DNA of 64,000 nucleotides, taken from NCBI GenBank assembly GCA_038045265.1, contig JBBSYL010000010.1:582-64581 (forward strand), written 5' to 3'. Position 1 is the stretch's first letter, and the number at the start of each line of letters is the position of its first letter. This document shows positions 1-9,229 of this stretch, piece by piece. Both the position numbers and the translations under genes were made by a program. The DNA comes from Nanobdellota archaeon. Its GTDB lineage: Archaea; Nanobdellota; Nanobdellia; Pacearchaeales; GW2011-AR1. The notes under the pieces are model-generated. The model searched no databases and had not been told where the DNA came from. It saw only the letters and a list, made by a program, of their open reading frames with translations.

Positions 1-103
1 TTTCCCGACGATGGACATTAAGGCACTCATTAAAGTTAACATCGTAAGCAAGAAAATGATATTCGGGTGATTTATAAAGCTTGTGGTGAAATGCGAAGAA
101 AAA

Positions 104-688
104 TTATCTCAATTTTTGTTCGAGCTTTTTATATCCTAAATATATCAACAAGATTAAAACAATTCCTACTGCAATCAATTTAAAATATTTATTAAGTGTT
201 GTCCAATAATCTGTTGTATAGGCTAGAGACCATAGAACTATTAAGACTCCTCCGCCCATAATTCCAGAACCGATGCCTTCCATATTCCAAAAAAATGACC
301 CTGCGATTATAGAAAGAATTGCAATAACTATTAAAATATAAAAACTATTTCTAGAATGTTTATAATTATCTGATGTAATTTCTTTGGATTCTACACATTT
401 CTGCTGATCTTCCTGACATTTCTGATATTCTGAAGAGGCGTAAACTTGATTATAACAACTTTGATTATAGGATGGTTCCCGTGGTTTTTCCGGCGCTCCA
501 AGATCAGAAGTGGAAACATTTGTGTAGCATTTATTCACCATATTTTCACATCCATATTGCGCGTAGCATTCTGAAGAGTCCACATAACCATAGGATGGCT
601 TTTCATAGACAACGTATAAACCATATGAAAAGAAAACTGTAAGCAAGACAGCTATCCCAATTGCTAAGAATGTTTTTGCTAAACTCAT
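104..688 (-). CDS. hypothetical Cys-rich membrane protein (N-terminal TM, Cys-rich extracytoplasmic segment, three C-terminal TMs)
   Basis: ORF track. Hydrophobic N-terminus, C-rich middle (CYAQYGCENMVNKCY...), hydrophobic C-terminal third. No recognisable family. Confidence 0.4.
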   Translation of the reverse strand: MSLAKTFLAIGIAVLLTVFFSYGLYVVYEKPSYGYVDSSECYAQYGCENMVNKCYTNVSTSDLGAPEKPREPSYNQSCYNQVYASSEYQKCQEDQQKCVESKEITSDNYKHSRNSFYILIVIAILSIIAGSFFWNMEGIGSGIMGGGVLIVLWSLAYTTDYWTTLNKYFKLIAVGIVLILLIYLGYKKLEQKLR

Positions 689-775
689 ACCTGCTATAAG
701 AAGACGAGTTATTTAAATGTTATTTAATAATCAGTATAATAATTCTTAAATAATCTCATCAAACTTAAAAATTAG

Positions 776-1420
776 ATGAATGAAGAGAAAAAATCTTGGA
801 GCGATTATGAACAGAACGATAAAGATAGAGAAGCACAGAAACAATTAGAATTTCATTTAAAATATGCAATGATAGTTATGCCTAATCTTTTAGCCCTTCC
901 AAGAATTAATCTTCCAAAATTGGATATATTTGTTCGTCCAATATTTTTTCCTTTCTTGATTTTAAATGAAATAGATAGAGAAGGTACAATATTAATTGAG
1001 TACTCTCAGGGCGAAGATGAGTTATGCCGATTTGAGTTAGCTCATGAAATAGGACATTTTTTCCATATGAATATTGCAAATGCACATCCTCCGGAAAGAA
1101 AAGGCAGGATAACTGAGAGAAAATACAGAATTCACAACTTCTATGAGTTTGGTGCTGAAATGTTTGCTCTTAGATATATAGAACATTTAGGAAATCTTGA
1201 GAGGTATTTACAAATAGATGAAGAATCGCATACAAAAAATTCCAGGCCTGGAAGTTCTCCTGATGTATATAGGAAAACAAGTCTATTCTATTTGTCTTTG
1301 TCTCTAGCCGAGAGAAATGGTATAACAAGATGGGCAATAACTGAGGACTACGAAGGATACAAAAAAGATATGGGAAAACATCCTCTTGCAAAACAAATTA
1401 GAGATATCGTTAATGATTAA
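776..1420 (+). CDS. putative HExxH zinc metallopeptidase-like protein (ImmA/IrrE-like?)
   Basis: Motif FELAHEIGHFFHM (HExxH) seen in translation. Family assignment is inference. Confidence 0.35.
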   Translation: MNEEKKSWSDYEQNDKDREAQKQLEFHLKYAMIVMPNLLALPRINLPKLDIFVRPIFFPFLILNEIDREGTILIEYSQGEDELCRFELAHEIGHFFHMNIANAHPPERKGRITERKYRIHNFYEFGAEMFALRYIEHLGNLERYLQIDEESHTKNSRPGSSPDVYRKTSLFYLSLSLAERNGITRWAITEDYEGYKKDMGKHPLAKQIRDIVND

Positions 1421-1421
1421 T

Positions 1422-1628
1422 TTATAGTCTAAAATTATACTTAGCTACATGAAGCTGTGAGTTAATTATTACATTCTGCTGTTTGCTCCATTCTTTATCA
1501 GATGTTGATTTCATATATTTAACCCAGAATTTTATAAAATTCCTTCTATCCTCTTCATTTGTTTCTCCAGGCTTCATAAAAATTCTTTTATTTTTTTCCA
1601 TATCCATGTTTTCTCTTCCTTTCTTCAA
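1422..1628 (-). CDS. small hypothetical protein (possibly spurious or a frameshifted tail)
   Basis: 68-aa ORF overlapping the 3' end of the upstream nucleotidyltransferase by 40 nt. No homology recognised. Confidence 0.15.
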   Translation of the reverse strand: MKKGRENMDMEKNKRIFMKPGETNEEDRRNFIKFWVKYMKSTSDKEWSKQQNVIINSQLHVAKYNFRL

Positions 1629-2199
1629 TGAGCAATTTGTATTTATTAATCTTGCTAAAGTCTATCTTATCTTTGAAGTATTCTTCTATATGCAAAGCAT
1701 CTTCCTCATCTTTCTTTGAACCTAGATAGTAGTTTTTGAAAGCTATGTGTCTCTCTAGAGAAGATATTTTTATGTCTCCTATAGAAAGCTCTACTGTAAT
1801 AAAATCGCTAAATGCTTCTTCATCCAATTTGTCCTTTGGAAACTTGACTTCAAAATTTGGGGCATAAGTGTTAATTTTTGCAAATCTTATAGCCAGTTTA
1901 TCGGTTAAATAGCTATATATTTCATTATCTTTTTCCGCATTCAAACACCAAAAATTGCTTTCTTTCAATTCTTTGTGAAGACTTGATAGCTCCTCCTTAG
2001 AAAGAGGTTTAATAAAAACATCAATATCTTCTGTGGATCTTGTTCTTCCAAGCAAAATTGATACATATCCAGAGATTACAACATATTCTGTATATTTTTC
2101 AAGTATTCTTAAAAATTCAACTGCAAATATGTCAAGTTCGCTTGGTATCCTATCAAGAATAATCTTATTGTTTTTTAATTCCATATAGTTTAAAGTCAT
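1588..2199 (-). CDS. Pol-beta superfamily nucleotidyltransferase domain protein
   Basis: Motif ISGYVSILLGRTRSTEDIDVFI (G[SY]...DxD). Start trimmed to an internal Met (2199 or 2184) because the six-frame ORF overlaps the rps2 C-terminus. Confidence 0.45.
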   Translation of the reverse strand: MTLNYMELKNNKIILDRIPSELDIFAVEFLRILEKYTEYVVISGYVSILLGRTRSTEDIDVFIKPLSKEELSSLHKELKESNFWCLNAEKDNEIYSYLTDKLAIRFAKINTYAPNFEVKFPKDKLDEEAFSDFITVELSIGDIKISSLERHIAFKNYYLGSKKDEEDALHIEEYFKDKIDFSKINKYKLLIEERKRKHGYGKK

Positions 2200-2245
2200 T
2201 GGCAATATAAATAATCTTCTGACTATTGTTCGATAGAAACAAATG

Positions 2246-3184
2246 TCATTTAGGCGGAACAAGATTATCCCAGCCATCAATGAAATCTTGAATAGGTGGA
2301 ACATCTACATGCAATTTTCTTTTTTCTACATATAATTTTGTAAGAAGATAGAAAATAATTCCAAGAGATTTTGCAGATTTATTATTTCCAGGAATTATTT
2401 GTGATATTCCTGCAGTGAAATTGTTTGTGTCACATACAGATAAAACATCTACTCCAATTCTATTTGCGTCCTGTAATGCGTTCTTATCAAGCCAAGAATC
2501 GCAGATAAATATTAAATTTGCTTCTGTAAAGTTTTCAAGATTTGTATTTGTAAGTATTCCTGAAGGATATTTCTTTGTGAAAACTCTTACTCCTGTAACT
2601 TCAGCGAATTTGTTTACTGCCTTCCAGCCAGCTTCTCTTTTACATATAAGAATAATTTCTTCTGGAGAAAACTTTGCAAGGTATTCTGCTCCTTCCTTTA
2701 ATTTATCATCTAATAAAGCAGTATTGAAAACTGCAAGACCATCAGCTCTTCTTCTATAAACGTATTTTCTCATGTCTGGAGTAATAACTCTTGTTCCCAA
2801 ATGGATTGATGATTTTAGATAATCTTCTATTGGAACTAATGTGTCTTTCTTCTCATCCTCTTCTGACCTGACCTTTTTCTTTAAATCTATATCTTTTGTT
2901 CCTTCTACTTTTCCCTCTAGTTTCTTTGCCTTTTCAAGAAGTTTTGCAAGTTTTGCTTTTCTATCGTCTCCAGCAGACTTATCTTTATCTGTTTTCTTCA
3001 CCTTCTTTTCTTTGCCCTCAATGAATTCTTCTACTTCCTTCTCTAATTTTTTCGCACCCTTCTCTACCTTTTCAACCATTTCTTCAGCATCTTTCTCTAT
3101 TTCTTTAACAGCATGTTCTACTACATGCTCTGCTTTCTCAAGGAAAGATTCTTTCTTCTTTGTTGTTTTTTTGTTCTCTGCCAT
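2246..3184 (-). CDS. rps2: 30S ribosomal protein S2 (uS2) with ~100-aa K/E-rich N-terminal extension
   Basis: C-terminal 200 aa align to uS2 (IHLGT..., DMRKYVY, VDVLSVCDTN). The N-terminus is a low-complexity K/E repeat. Confidence 0.9.
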   Translation of the reverse strand: MAENKKTTKKKESFLEKAEHVVEHAVKEIEKDAEEMVEKVEKGAKKLEKEVEEFIEGKEKKVKKTDKDKSAGDDRKAKLAKLLEKAKKLEGKVEGTKDIDLKKKVRSEEDEKKDTLVPIEDYLKSSIHLGTRVITPDMRKYVYRRRADGLAVFNTALLDDKLKEGAEYLAKFSPEEIILICKREAGWKAVNKFAEVTGVRVFTKKYPSGILTNTNLENFTEANLIFICDSWLDKNALQDANRIGVDVLSVCDTNNFTAGISQIIPGNNKSAKSLGIIFYLLTKLYVEKRKLHVDVPPIQDFIDGWDNLVPPK

Positions 3185-3318
3185 TTTTTCTTGTCCTATG
3201 TAATTTTTATATAAACAGCGCAGGGGTTTTGTCCAAGTTGTTTCAGTTGGTACCTGCTAATATCTAAAGTGATGAAGAAAGGGGTTTTTAAAGATTTGGA
3301 TTACTGCTAAATTAAATT

Positions 3319-3546
3319 TTATCCATATCTGTCTTCGTAGAAACTTGTTGCACCATAACATGATAATCTTCCTAAAGCATCGTCTCTATCCACGCCATTC
3401 TCTCCTTCAAGGGATTTTCCTCCAAATCTTATATCGCTTGCTAATTTGTCTAATTTCTTTTTATCACCCTCTGCTAATAATCTCCTTACTTCTTCTGTAT
3501 CTACCATTATTTTCCTGCAGAACTTTAGTTTAAAAATCTTCCTCAC
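3319..3546 (-). CDS. small hypothetical protein
   Basis: 75-aa ORF between the discoidin-like genes and rps2, same strand. No family recognised. Confidence 0.3.
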   Translation of the reverse strand: MRKIFKLKFCRKIMVDTEEVRRLLAEGDKKKLDKLASDIRFGGKSLEGENGVDRDDALGRLSCYGATSFYEDRYG

Positions 3547-4505
3547 CCATAACTAAACCCTGCAATCTTAAATTCAACTTCCGCGAGGTTGCCGTAATCA
3601 CGCACTCCAGATGTTTGTACAAATCTGACATATCTGGCTACTGCGATTTCTGGAAGCTTTTGTGTGATTATTCTTGGATATGTTACTTGAAAGTCTTTCA
3701 TTAGTGTGTCCCAGTCTTTTCTATTGTTGGATATTTCGATGTCCATGATTAATGGGACATCGAACTTACTGAAATACATGTCAAGAGATTTTATGCATTT
3801 CTGATTTCCTAGATCGAATTCAATCCATCTCGGATATGATTCATCTGCGTCTCCAAACCAATTACTTGAAAGGTTTTTATCAATTGCGTTTCTTGCAGGG
3901 AAATCTAAATCCTGGGAACTTGCTGTTGCAGAAATTGGAGATTCGAGAGAATAATCTCCGCATGAAACTGCAAGATTAGACATACCCGCTATTCCTCCTG
4001 ACTTTTCATTTTCTGAGACTCCTGCAAAGAAAGGAGTTCCAGGAGGAGTCGTTGTGCCTCCACCGCCTCCCGAAGGAGAAGTACATACTCCTTCAGAACA
4101 TGAGTATTCACAGGAGAATTCATCTTTTATGCTTACATTATTATTACAGTAATATTCATATAAGATTTTGTCTGTAAAGCAGGAGTCTGTGAAGTTAAGT
4201 TTTGTTCCTGTAGCAAATGTCTGGACTACTTTTCCTTTTGCGAAGTAATTTTTGCCTGAGTCTGAATCTACACATGAAGCAGTATAAGTTTTCTTGGTTT
4301 CATTTTTACTAGTTTCGTTTTTACTTGTGCTATTTACTGGGGGCTCTATTGGAGGTTCATCTCCACCATCCCCATATCCGTAACCGAGATTTTGAAAATT
4401 GAGGGAGACATGTCCGGTTGGTTTTGAAAGTGTTACTTGCAGTATTATAGCTACTATAAGAATAGCAACTAGCAGAAGAATTGTATAAATTTCTCTTTTA
4501 TTCAT
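3543..4505 (-). CDS. secreted/anchored discoidin (F5/8 type C)-like domain protein, paralog B
   Basis: N-terminal TM/signal. Cys-rich module CVDSDSGKNYF...CEYSCSEGVC. C-terminal domain with SNWFGDADESYPRWIEFDLG resembling discoidin/F5-8C. Paralog of the upstream ORF. Confidence 0.55.
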   Translation of the reverse strand: MNKREIYTILLLVAILIVAIILQVTLSKPTGHVSLNFQNLGYGYGDGGDEPPIEPPVNSTSKNETSKNETKKTYTASCVDSDSGKNYFAKGKVVQTFATGTKLNFTDSCFTDKILYEYYCNNNVSIKDEFSCEYSCSEGVCTSPSGGGGGTTTPPGTPFFAGVSENEKSGGIAGMSNLAVSCGDYSLESPISATASSQDLDFPARNAIDKNLSSNWFGDADESYPRWIEFDLGNQKCIKSLDMYFSKFDVPLIMDIEISNNRKDWDTLMKDFQVTYPRIITQKLPEIAVARYVRFVQTSGVRDYGNLAEVEFKIAGFSYG

Positions 4506-5352
4506 TTATTATTCCCTCCGGAAAGTCCGCAATATTTAACCTAATTTCTGCAAGAGTTCCAAATTCTCTCTTACCCGAAGTTTCGTAAAGTCTTATATAT
4601 CTTGCTAGAACAGTATCGGGCAATTCTACTCCTATTGTAGTAATATTCTCAAGCACTAGATCTTTCTGAAGGGTCTTCCATCTCACATTATCATTTGAAA
4701 CCTGCAAATCCAGACTTAATGGAAGATCTCTTTTGAATACATATAGATCTGCTTCCCTTATACATTTTCTCTCTCCTAAATCGAAGGCAATCCATTTAGG
4801 ATAGGATTCTGATAACTCTCCAAACCAGTGAGTGTTTGCATCAAAGTCTAAAGTATCTAATGCTGAAAAGTTTCCATAATCGCTAGAAGCAAAAGCATTT
4901 TTTGGAGTGGAAAATTTGTATTCTCCGCAGAATAGGGCTAAATCCTTTGCAATTAAAACTGAAATTTCCTCTTCTTGTGTTAAACAAATACCTTCAAAAC
5001 ATCCAAATTCACAATTTATCTGATTGGCAATGGAATTTTTGTCTTCACAGGAGTATTCCTGCAATCTTCCTGAGTCAAGACAGCTATCTGAAAAGAATTC
5101 AGTCTTGCCTGAATTATATATTATTTTAACATTCCCTTGGGAAAAATAATCTTTTCCTGAATCTGAATCTGTGCAAGATTTAGGAGAATCTTCTCCTTTT
5201 GATATTATTCTGCTACCGTTAAGGTAAATCCCTAGAACTATCAACAGAATAACTATCGCAGAGAGTGTGTAAATAAATGTTTTTTTAAATCTTTTAAAGT
5301 TTAATGGGCTTTTTCTCTCACTTTTCTTTACTGCATGAACCCTCTTTTTCAT
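4498..5352 (-). CDS. secreted/anchored discoidin (F5/8 type C)-like domain protein, paralog A
   Basis: Same architecture as 3543-4505 (CTDSDSGKDYF...; HWFGELSESYPKWIAFDLG). 8-bp overlap with the paralog. Confidence 0.55.
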   Translation of the reverse strand: MKKRVHAVKKSERKSPLNFKRFKKTFIYTLSAIVILLIVLGIYLNGSRIISKGEDSPKSCTDSDSGKDYFSQGNVKIIYNSGKTEFFSDSCLDSGRLQEYSCEDKNSIANQINCEFGCFEGICLTQEEEISVLIAKDLALFCGEYKFSTPKNAFASSDYGNFSALDTLDFDANTHWFGELSESYPKWIAFDLGERKCIREADLYVFKRDLPLSLDLQVSNDNVRWKTLQKDLVLENITTIGVELPDTVLARYIRLYETSGKREFGTLAEIRLNIADFPEGIINE

Positions 5353-5408
5353 TAGTGAAAAAATGGGAAAGTAATATATAAAGATGCCGAAAAGATGTAT
5401 AAAGAAAA

Positions 5409-5786
5409 TTAATTTTCTTCGCTACTTGCTTGATCAGCTACTTCTGTGTCTGTTTCTTCTTCATTTGCAACAAGACCAAGTTGTTCAGCGTCTTCTGCAA
5501 TTTCTTTTTCTACTTCTTTTTCCTTGGCTTCTAATTCCTCATCTGAAACTTTTTCTTCTTTAACTGCTATTAATTTCTCTTTTCTTTTTCTTGGCATAGG
5601 TCTGCTTATTGTTATTGGTAAGGTGTTTTTATTGAACTCAAGCTCTGCTATTTTGAGAGAGTCATATCTCAACTTCTCCATCTCTTCTTTTGAAATCTTA
5701 AGAAGCAATGGTGCATCCATAGCTATCTGCAAAGCACGAGCTCCAATGATTCTTGCTATTTCGTATTTTGTGAATTGGTGTTCCAT
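5409..5786 (-). CDS. rpoK: DNA-directed RNA polymerase subunit K/Rpo6 (Rpb6 homolog) with acidic C-terminal tail
   Basis: KYEIARIIGARALQIAMDAPL matches the Rpb6/RpoK signature ([21 protein letters not shown]). Downstream of rrp42 on the same strand. Confidence 0.8.
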   Translation of the reverse strand: MEHQFTKYEIARIIGARALQIAMDAPLLLKISKEEMEKLRYDSLKIAELEFNKNTLPITISRPMPRKRKEKLIAVKEEKVSDEELEAKEKEVEKEIAEDAEQLGLVANEEETDTEVADQASSEEN

Positions 5787-5798
5787 AGTGAATAGGAT

Positions 5799-6614
5799 TT
5801 ACAAAAACTTTTTAAGTCTTTCGTTAAGCTCTTTGTACTTTTCAGGGAGTATAGACATCATTTTCTCTATCTCTTCTTGAGTGAATGGTACTGGGCCTGT
5901 TTTTTGGCAGGAGTTTATCATTAGCTTTCCTGACCAGTGTGAAAGACCAAAATTAATTTTTACATCTGTGCTCTCAGCTTCCTCTCTTGTAGGGTCAAGG
6001 AAAATAGCATCTCCAAGCTTGTAGAATGTAATTGAAAGGGGCAAGCAGTCCTTTAGAACAGGGATTTGTTTTTTTGTTCTATTCTTGTAATCCGACACTC
6101 CTGATTCTTTTATACCCGGTATATTTGCATTCCTTATTGCTGCTGTCGCTGCAATGCATGCGGCATCAATTAAATTTCCATCGTCATTAATTGGATAAAG
6201 GTCTACCATAACTGTCCAGACTTTTTCTCCAGGTGTGACAACAAGTTCTTTAAGATTTATCATTCCCGACTCTCTGATTGCTCTATCAACTAATCTTGGA
6301 AGTTCTATCCCATCAAATTTTGGAGGGCCTTGCTCAAATCTTGGAGAAGCTAAAGGCAATAATTCTGCAGAAACCATAAGATTTCCTTTATCTGGTGAAT
6401 CTGGATAAGGTGCATCAAGAACCATTTTTACGCCTGCAATAACTTCAGTTTTTCCAAGCTTGACTCTTGCTGAACCTTCTGCTTTATTCGAGACATCGAA
6501 ACTTACCTCAAATTTTCTAAATTCATCTATCTTCCTTCCGTCAAATCTTTTTCCTTCTGAAAGAAGCTTTCTCATGTGATCTACAGTTATATTTGATGCG
6601 TCCATTGAACTCAT
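5799..6614 (-). CDS. rrp42: exosome complex RNase PH-like subunit Rrp42
   Basis: RNase PH fold, position after rrp41, 271 aa. N-terminus FDGRKIDEFRKFEVS. Confidence 0.85.
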   Translation of the reverse strand: MSSMDASNITVDHMRKLLSEGKRFDGRKIDEFRKFEVSFDVSNKAEGSARVKLGKTEVIAGVKMVLDAPYPDSPDKGNLMVSAELLPLASPRFEQGPPKFDGIELPRLVDRAIRESGMINLKELVVTPGEKVWTVMVDLYPINDDGNLIDAACIAATAAIRNANIPGIKESGVSDYKNRTKKQIPVLKDCLPLSITFYKLGDAIFLDPTREEAESTDVKINFGLSHWSGKLMINSCQKTGPVPFTQEEIEKMMSILPEKYKELNERLKKFL

Positions 6615-7309
6615 TGTCCTGCTACCTCCTTAAGAGCTTTTTTCTGTTCTTCATAAACTTCATTACATGCTTTATTGGCAAGTACAAGAGCTTCCTTTAT
6701 TCTCTGTGGGGGAATCTTTCCATCTAATTGAAGAAGAGTAAACTGGTCTGTGTCTGCAATTTTTGCAACAGGTATATCTGATGGTCCTTCTCCACCTTCA
6801 AAATCCTCTTCTGCTTTTGTTAGGTCAACAACTAATTCCTCATCCTGCTTACCTATAGCAACAGAGCATATTAGACTTCTCATAGGTATTCCAGCGTGTG
6901 CTAGAGCCATTGAAGCAGCATTTATTCCTGCTGTTCTTGTTCCTGCATCGGCTTGAGTTATGTAAACTTGAACGTCTATTACTGTATTTGGAAACTCTTT
7001 CAAATCTAAGACAGGCATCAAAGCGTGCTCAATCATCTTTGAAATTTCTTGAGATCTTCTGCTTGGTCCAGGTCTCTTCCTGTCATCTACTGAGAAAGAC
7101 ATCAAGTCATAATTAACTCTCAAAATAGCAGTTTCTGGATTCTGCATGTGTTGTGGATGCAAAAGTCTAGGACCATAAACTGCTGCAATTGCAATTGTGT
7201 CTCCGAATGCAAACATTGCAGAACCATCAGCATTAGGAATTATTCCTACTTTTGCTTTAATTTCTCTGAGCTCATCCACTTTTCTTCCGTCCTTTCTTTT
7301 GAATGTCAT
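6611..7309 (-). CDS. rrp41: exosome complex exonuclease Rrp41
   Basis: RKDGRKVDELREIKAKVGII..ADGSAMFAFGDTIAIAAVYGP is the Rrp41 N-terminal signature. 4-bp overlap with rrp42. Confidence 0.9.
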   Translation of the reverse strand: MTFKRKDGRKVDELREIKAKVGIIPNADGSAMFAFGDTIAIAAVYGPRLLHPQHMQNPETAILRVNYDLMSFSVDDRKRPGPSRRSQEISKMIEHALMPVLDLKEFPNTVIDVQVYITQADAGTRTAGINAASMALAHAGIPMRSLICSVAIGKQDEELVVDLTKAEEDFEGGEGPSDIPVAKIADTDQFTLLQLDGKIPPQRIKEALVLANKACNEVYEEQKKALKEVAGQ

Positions 7310-8031
7310 CAGGATAACATCTCCTCGACTTTTTCTGTCAAACCATCAACTGAGACATTTTCTGAAATGAATTCAATTATTTTTCTTGCCTTTATCTCTT
7401 CTTCTGAAGTGTTGCCTTTTATCCAAACCCAGCCATTCTGGCCAATTGTAATATTGCATTGCGTCTTTTCTTTAATCATACCAACCATGCTTCCTTCTCT
7501 GCCTATTACTCTTGGAACGGTGTTTGGGCCTATTCTAAATATGAATCCATGCTCTAATTTTCCTAGTCCTCTTGATTTTATTGATAGATCTATTCCCCTC
7601 TTATTAATTGCCCAGATCTTTGCGACTATTGTGTCTCCAATATCTAAAAATTGAGTCATTTCGCTTTTGTTTATGAAGTGGGGGCATTCTTCTATAGGTA
7701 AAAATGCAGATGATGCATAATCAATATCTAAAACCCAGCCATTAAATGTAACATTGGTAACTCTGCCTATTACAACATTATTCCTTCTTGGAATGAATGC
7801 TCCAGTTATAGCAATTACTTTTATTACTCTTCCAGCTTCCTCCGCTAGACCGAATCTTGAAGCAACAATTTCATTTCCTATACGCCTCGCACCTTCGCTT
7901 GGTAAGTAATCTTCTCCAGAAGCAATGATCTCTCCAGGTACAACTATTTTTCTCTTTTTCTGAACTGATTCAGATAATTCAACATTTTGTTCTTGGGCTT
8001 CGTGTGCCTCTGATAATTTTCTTTCCATCAT
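7309..8031 (-). CDS. rrp4: exosome RNA-binding subunit Rrp4 (S1 + KH)
   Basis: S1 domain followed by a KH domain (VIGREGSMVGMI). First gene of the rrp4-rrp41-rrp42 array. Confidence 0.85.
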   Translation of the reverse strand: MMERKLSEAHEAQEQNVELSESVQKKRKIVVPGEIIASGEDYLPSEGARRIGNEIVASRFGLAEEAGRVIKVIAITGAFIPRRNNVVIGRVTNVTFNGWVLDIDYASSAFLPIEECPHFINKSEMTQFLDIGDTIVAKIWAINKRGIDLSIKSRGLGKLEHGFIFRIGPNTVPRVIGREGSMVGMIKEKTQCNITIGQNGWVWIKGNTSEEEIKARKIIEFISENVSVDGLTEKVEEMLS

Positions 8032-8089
8032 TTTAAACAGACAAGAAGTAATGATAATTTTCCCTTGTCTCTAATCTTTAAAACTTAGA

Positions 8090-8243
8090 CAAATATTGGT
8101 TTATAAAGGTTTTGTTTCAAAACCTTTAAGTTTCATTTCTCACGAAACTTCAACTATAAAGCTTTCAGAGAAAGCTTTAACATTCACTTCTTACGAAGTT
8201 TCATGTATAAAGGTTTTGATTTAGGATAATAAACCAATATTTG
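8090..8243. repeat. ~154-bp imperfect palindrome with 15-bp perfect terminal inverted repeats (caaatattggtttat / ataaaccaatatttg) and nested hairpins
   Basis: Read directly. The left half and the reverse complement of the right half share caaatattggtttat, caaaaccttta, gaaacttc and aaagctttc. Internal palindromes are aaggttttgtttcaaaacctt and aaagctttcagagaaagcttt. Confidence 0.5.
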
Positions 8244-8245
8244 AC

Positions 8246-8488
8246 CTATCTTCTCTTTATCTTCTTTAAATTTCTAGCCAGGATGGCCTTTCTTTCCATT
8301 AATCTTGTGACTTTAATTATTCGTTTACCGGATTTACTTGGATTTCTTATTGTCTCTCCCGCTTTTGCTTTGATTATTTTACTTATTAATGTAAGGGGTA
8401 TATTTTCTCCCAACTTTATACTGAGCATTTTATGTAAGCTTCCTTTTCTGTTCTTTCTAATTGCTTTTTGAATCCAGAGTTTTTTCAT
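8246..8488 (-). CDS. small highly basic protein (possible nucleic-acid-binding or ribosomal protein)
   Basis: 80-aa K/R-rich ORF co-oriented between SBDS and the exosome operon. The antisense ORF is Phe-rich hydrophobic, as expected from AT-rich antisense. Confidence 0.35.
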   Translation of the reverse strand: MKKLWIQKAIRKNRKGSLHKMLSIKLGENIPLTLISKIIKAKAGETIRNPSKSGKRIIKVTRLMERKAILARNLKKIKRR

Positions 8489-8527
8489 TGCCTGTCAAAG
8501 AATTAAAGACTTTTATATTTTTTGAGA

Positions 8528-9205
8528 TTAAGATTTCTCTGCGAGATCTTGGCTCTGAACTGCTCCATGAGTTATCTTGTTAAGCTTGTCATAAAAATCT
8601 ATCTGCATTCCTGCAGGAATATTTAGAATACACTCCAATGCGCCATTTGCCAACCAGTCTTCTGACTCTTTATAATCTTTCAAAAGAGAATAAGTCTGAG
8701 CAGTATATTGGGCAGGGATTGTAATTTTTATTCTTTTCAAATCTATTTTTATTGGAATTACTTTTTGTAAACTCTGAACTATTCCAGAAATCTGCTGTTC
8801 AGCAGGTTTATTGTCTATGTTAATGTGGGCTTCTTTTAATGCTCTCTGAATTCTTTCTTCTGTGTAAGGTCTGCCGTGTTGGTCTGAGCAGTTTTTTATT
8901 AATATGGTTATTACTTGTTTTATTTTTGCTTCTCTTTCTGAATCTCTGAATTCTTGGGTTTTCTGAACTTCCCCTTTAGTAATTATGCGTTTTGCTATTT
9001 CATAAAAATCTGTTGTATTAAATGAATTTTCCAATTCTGCGTTTGATGCAACCATGCCTTTATTTACATCTGTAAAAACTTTTGGAACATCTACTGCGGA
9101 CATAATATCTCCCTTCCCTTCTCTAACTTTTAATGCTGCATCTAAATCTACATGGATTTCAAAATGCTTTCCATTTACCTTTATTCTTGCAACAACTTTT
9201 GCCAT
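8528..9205 (-). CDS. sdo1: ribosome maturation protein SDO1/SBDS
   Basis: MAKVVARIKVNGKHFEI... FYSH-domain N-terminus. 225 aa. Classic neighbour of the archaeal exosome superoperon. Confidence 0.85.
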   Translation of the reverse strand: MAKVVARIKVNGKHFEIHVDLDAALKVREGKGDIMSAVDVPKVFTDVNKGMVASNAELENSFNTTDFYEIAKRIITKGEVQKTQEFRDSEREAKIKQVITILIKNCSDQHGRPYTEERIQRALKEAHINIDNKPAEQQISGIVQSLQKVIPIKIDLKRIKITIPAQYTAQTYSLLKDYKESEDWLANGALECILNIPAGMQIDFYDKLNKITHGAVQSQDLAEKS

Positions 9206-9229
9206 ACCATAAAAATAAGATAGACTTAT

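Noticed and set aside
2415-3203. Plus-strand ORFs 2415-2759 and 2841-3203 (Ser/Phe-rich low-complexity proteins)
   Set aside because: They are the antisense of rps2 and its K/E-rich extension. The composition is the mirror of AAA/GAA codon runs, so they are spurious.
5446-5880. Plus-strand 144-aa Ser-rich ORF
   Set aside because: Antisense to rpoK's acidic tail and the rrp42 end. A low-complexity artefact.
8241-8471. Plus-strand 76-aa hydrophobic ORF
   Set aside because: It is the mirror of the basic minus-strand ORF. Gene context (flanking minus-strand genes) favours the minus-strand basic protein, though neither is strongly supported.
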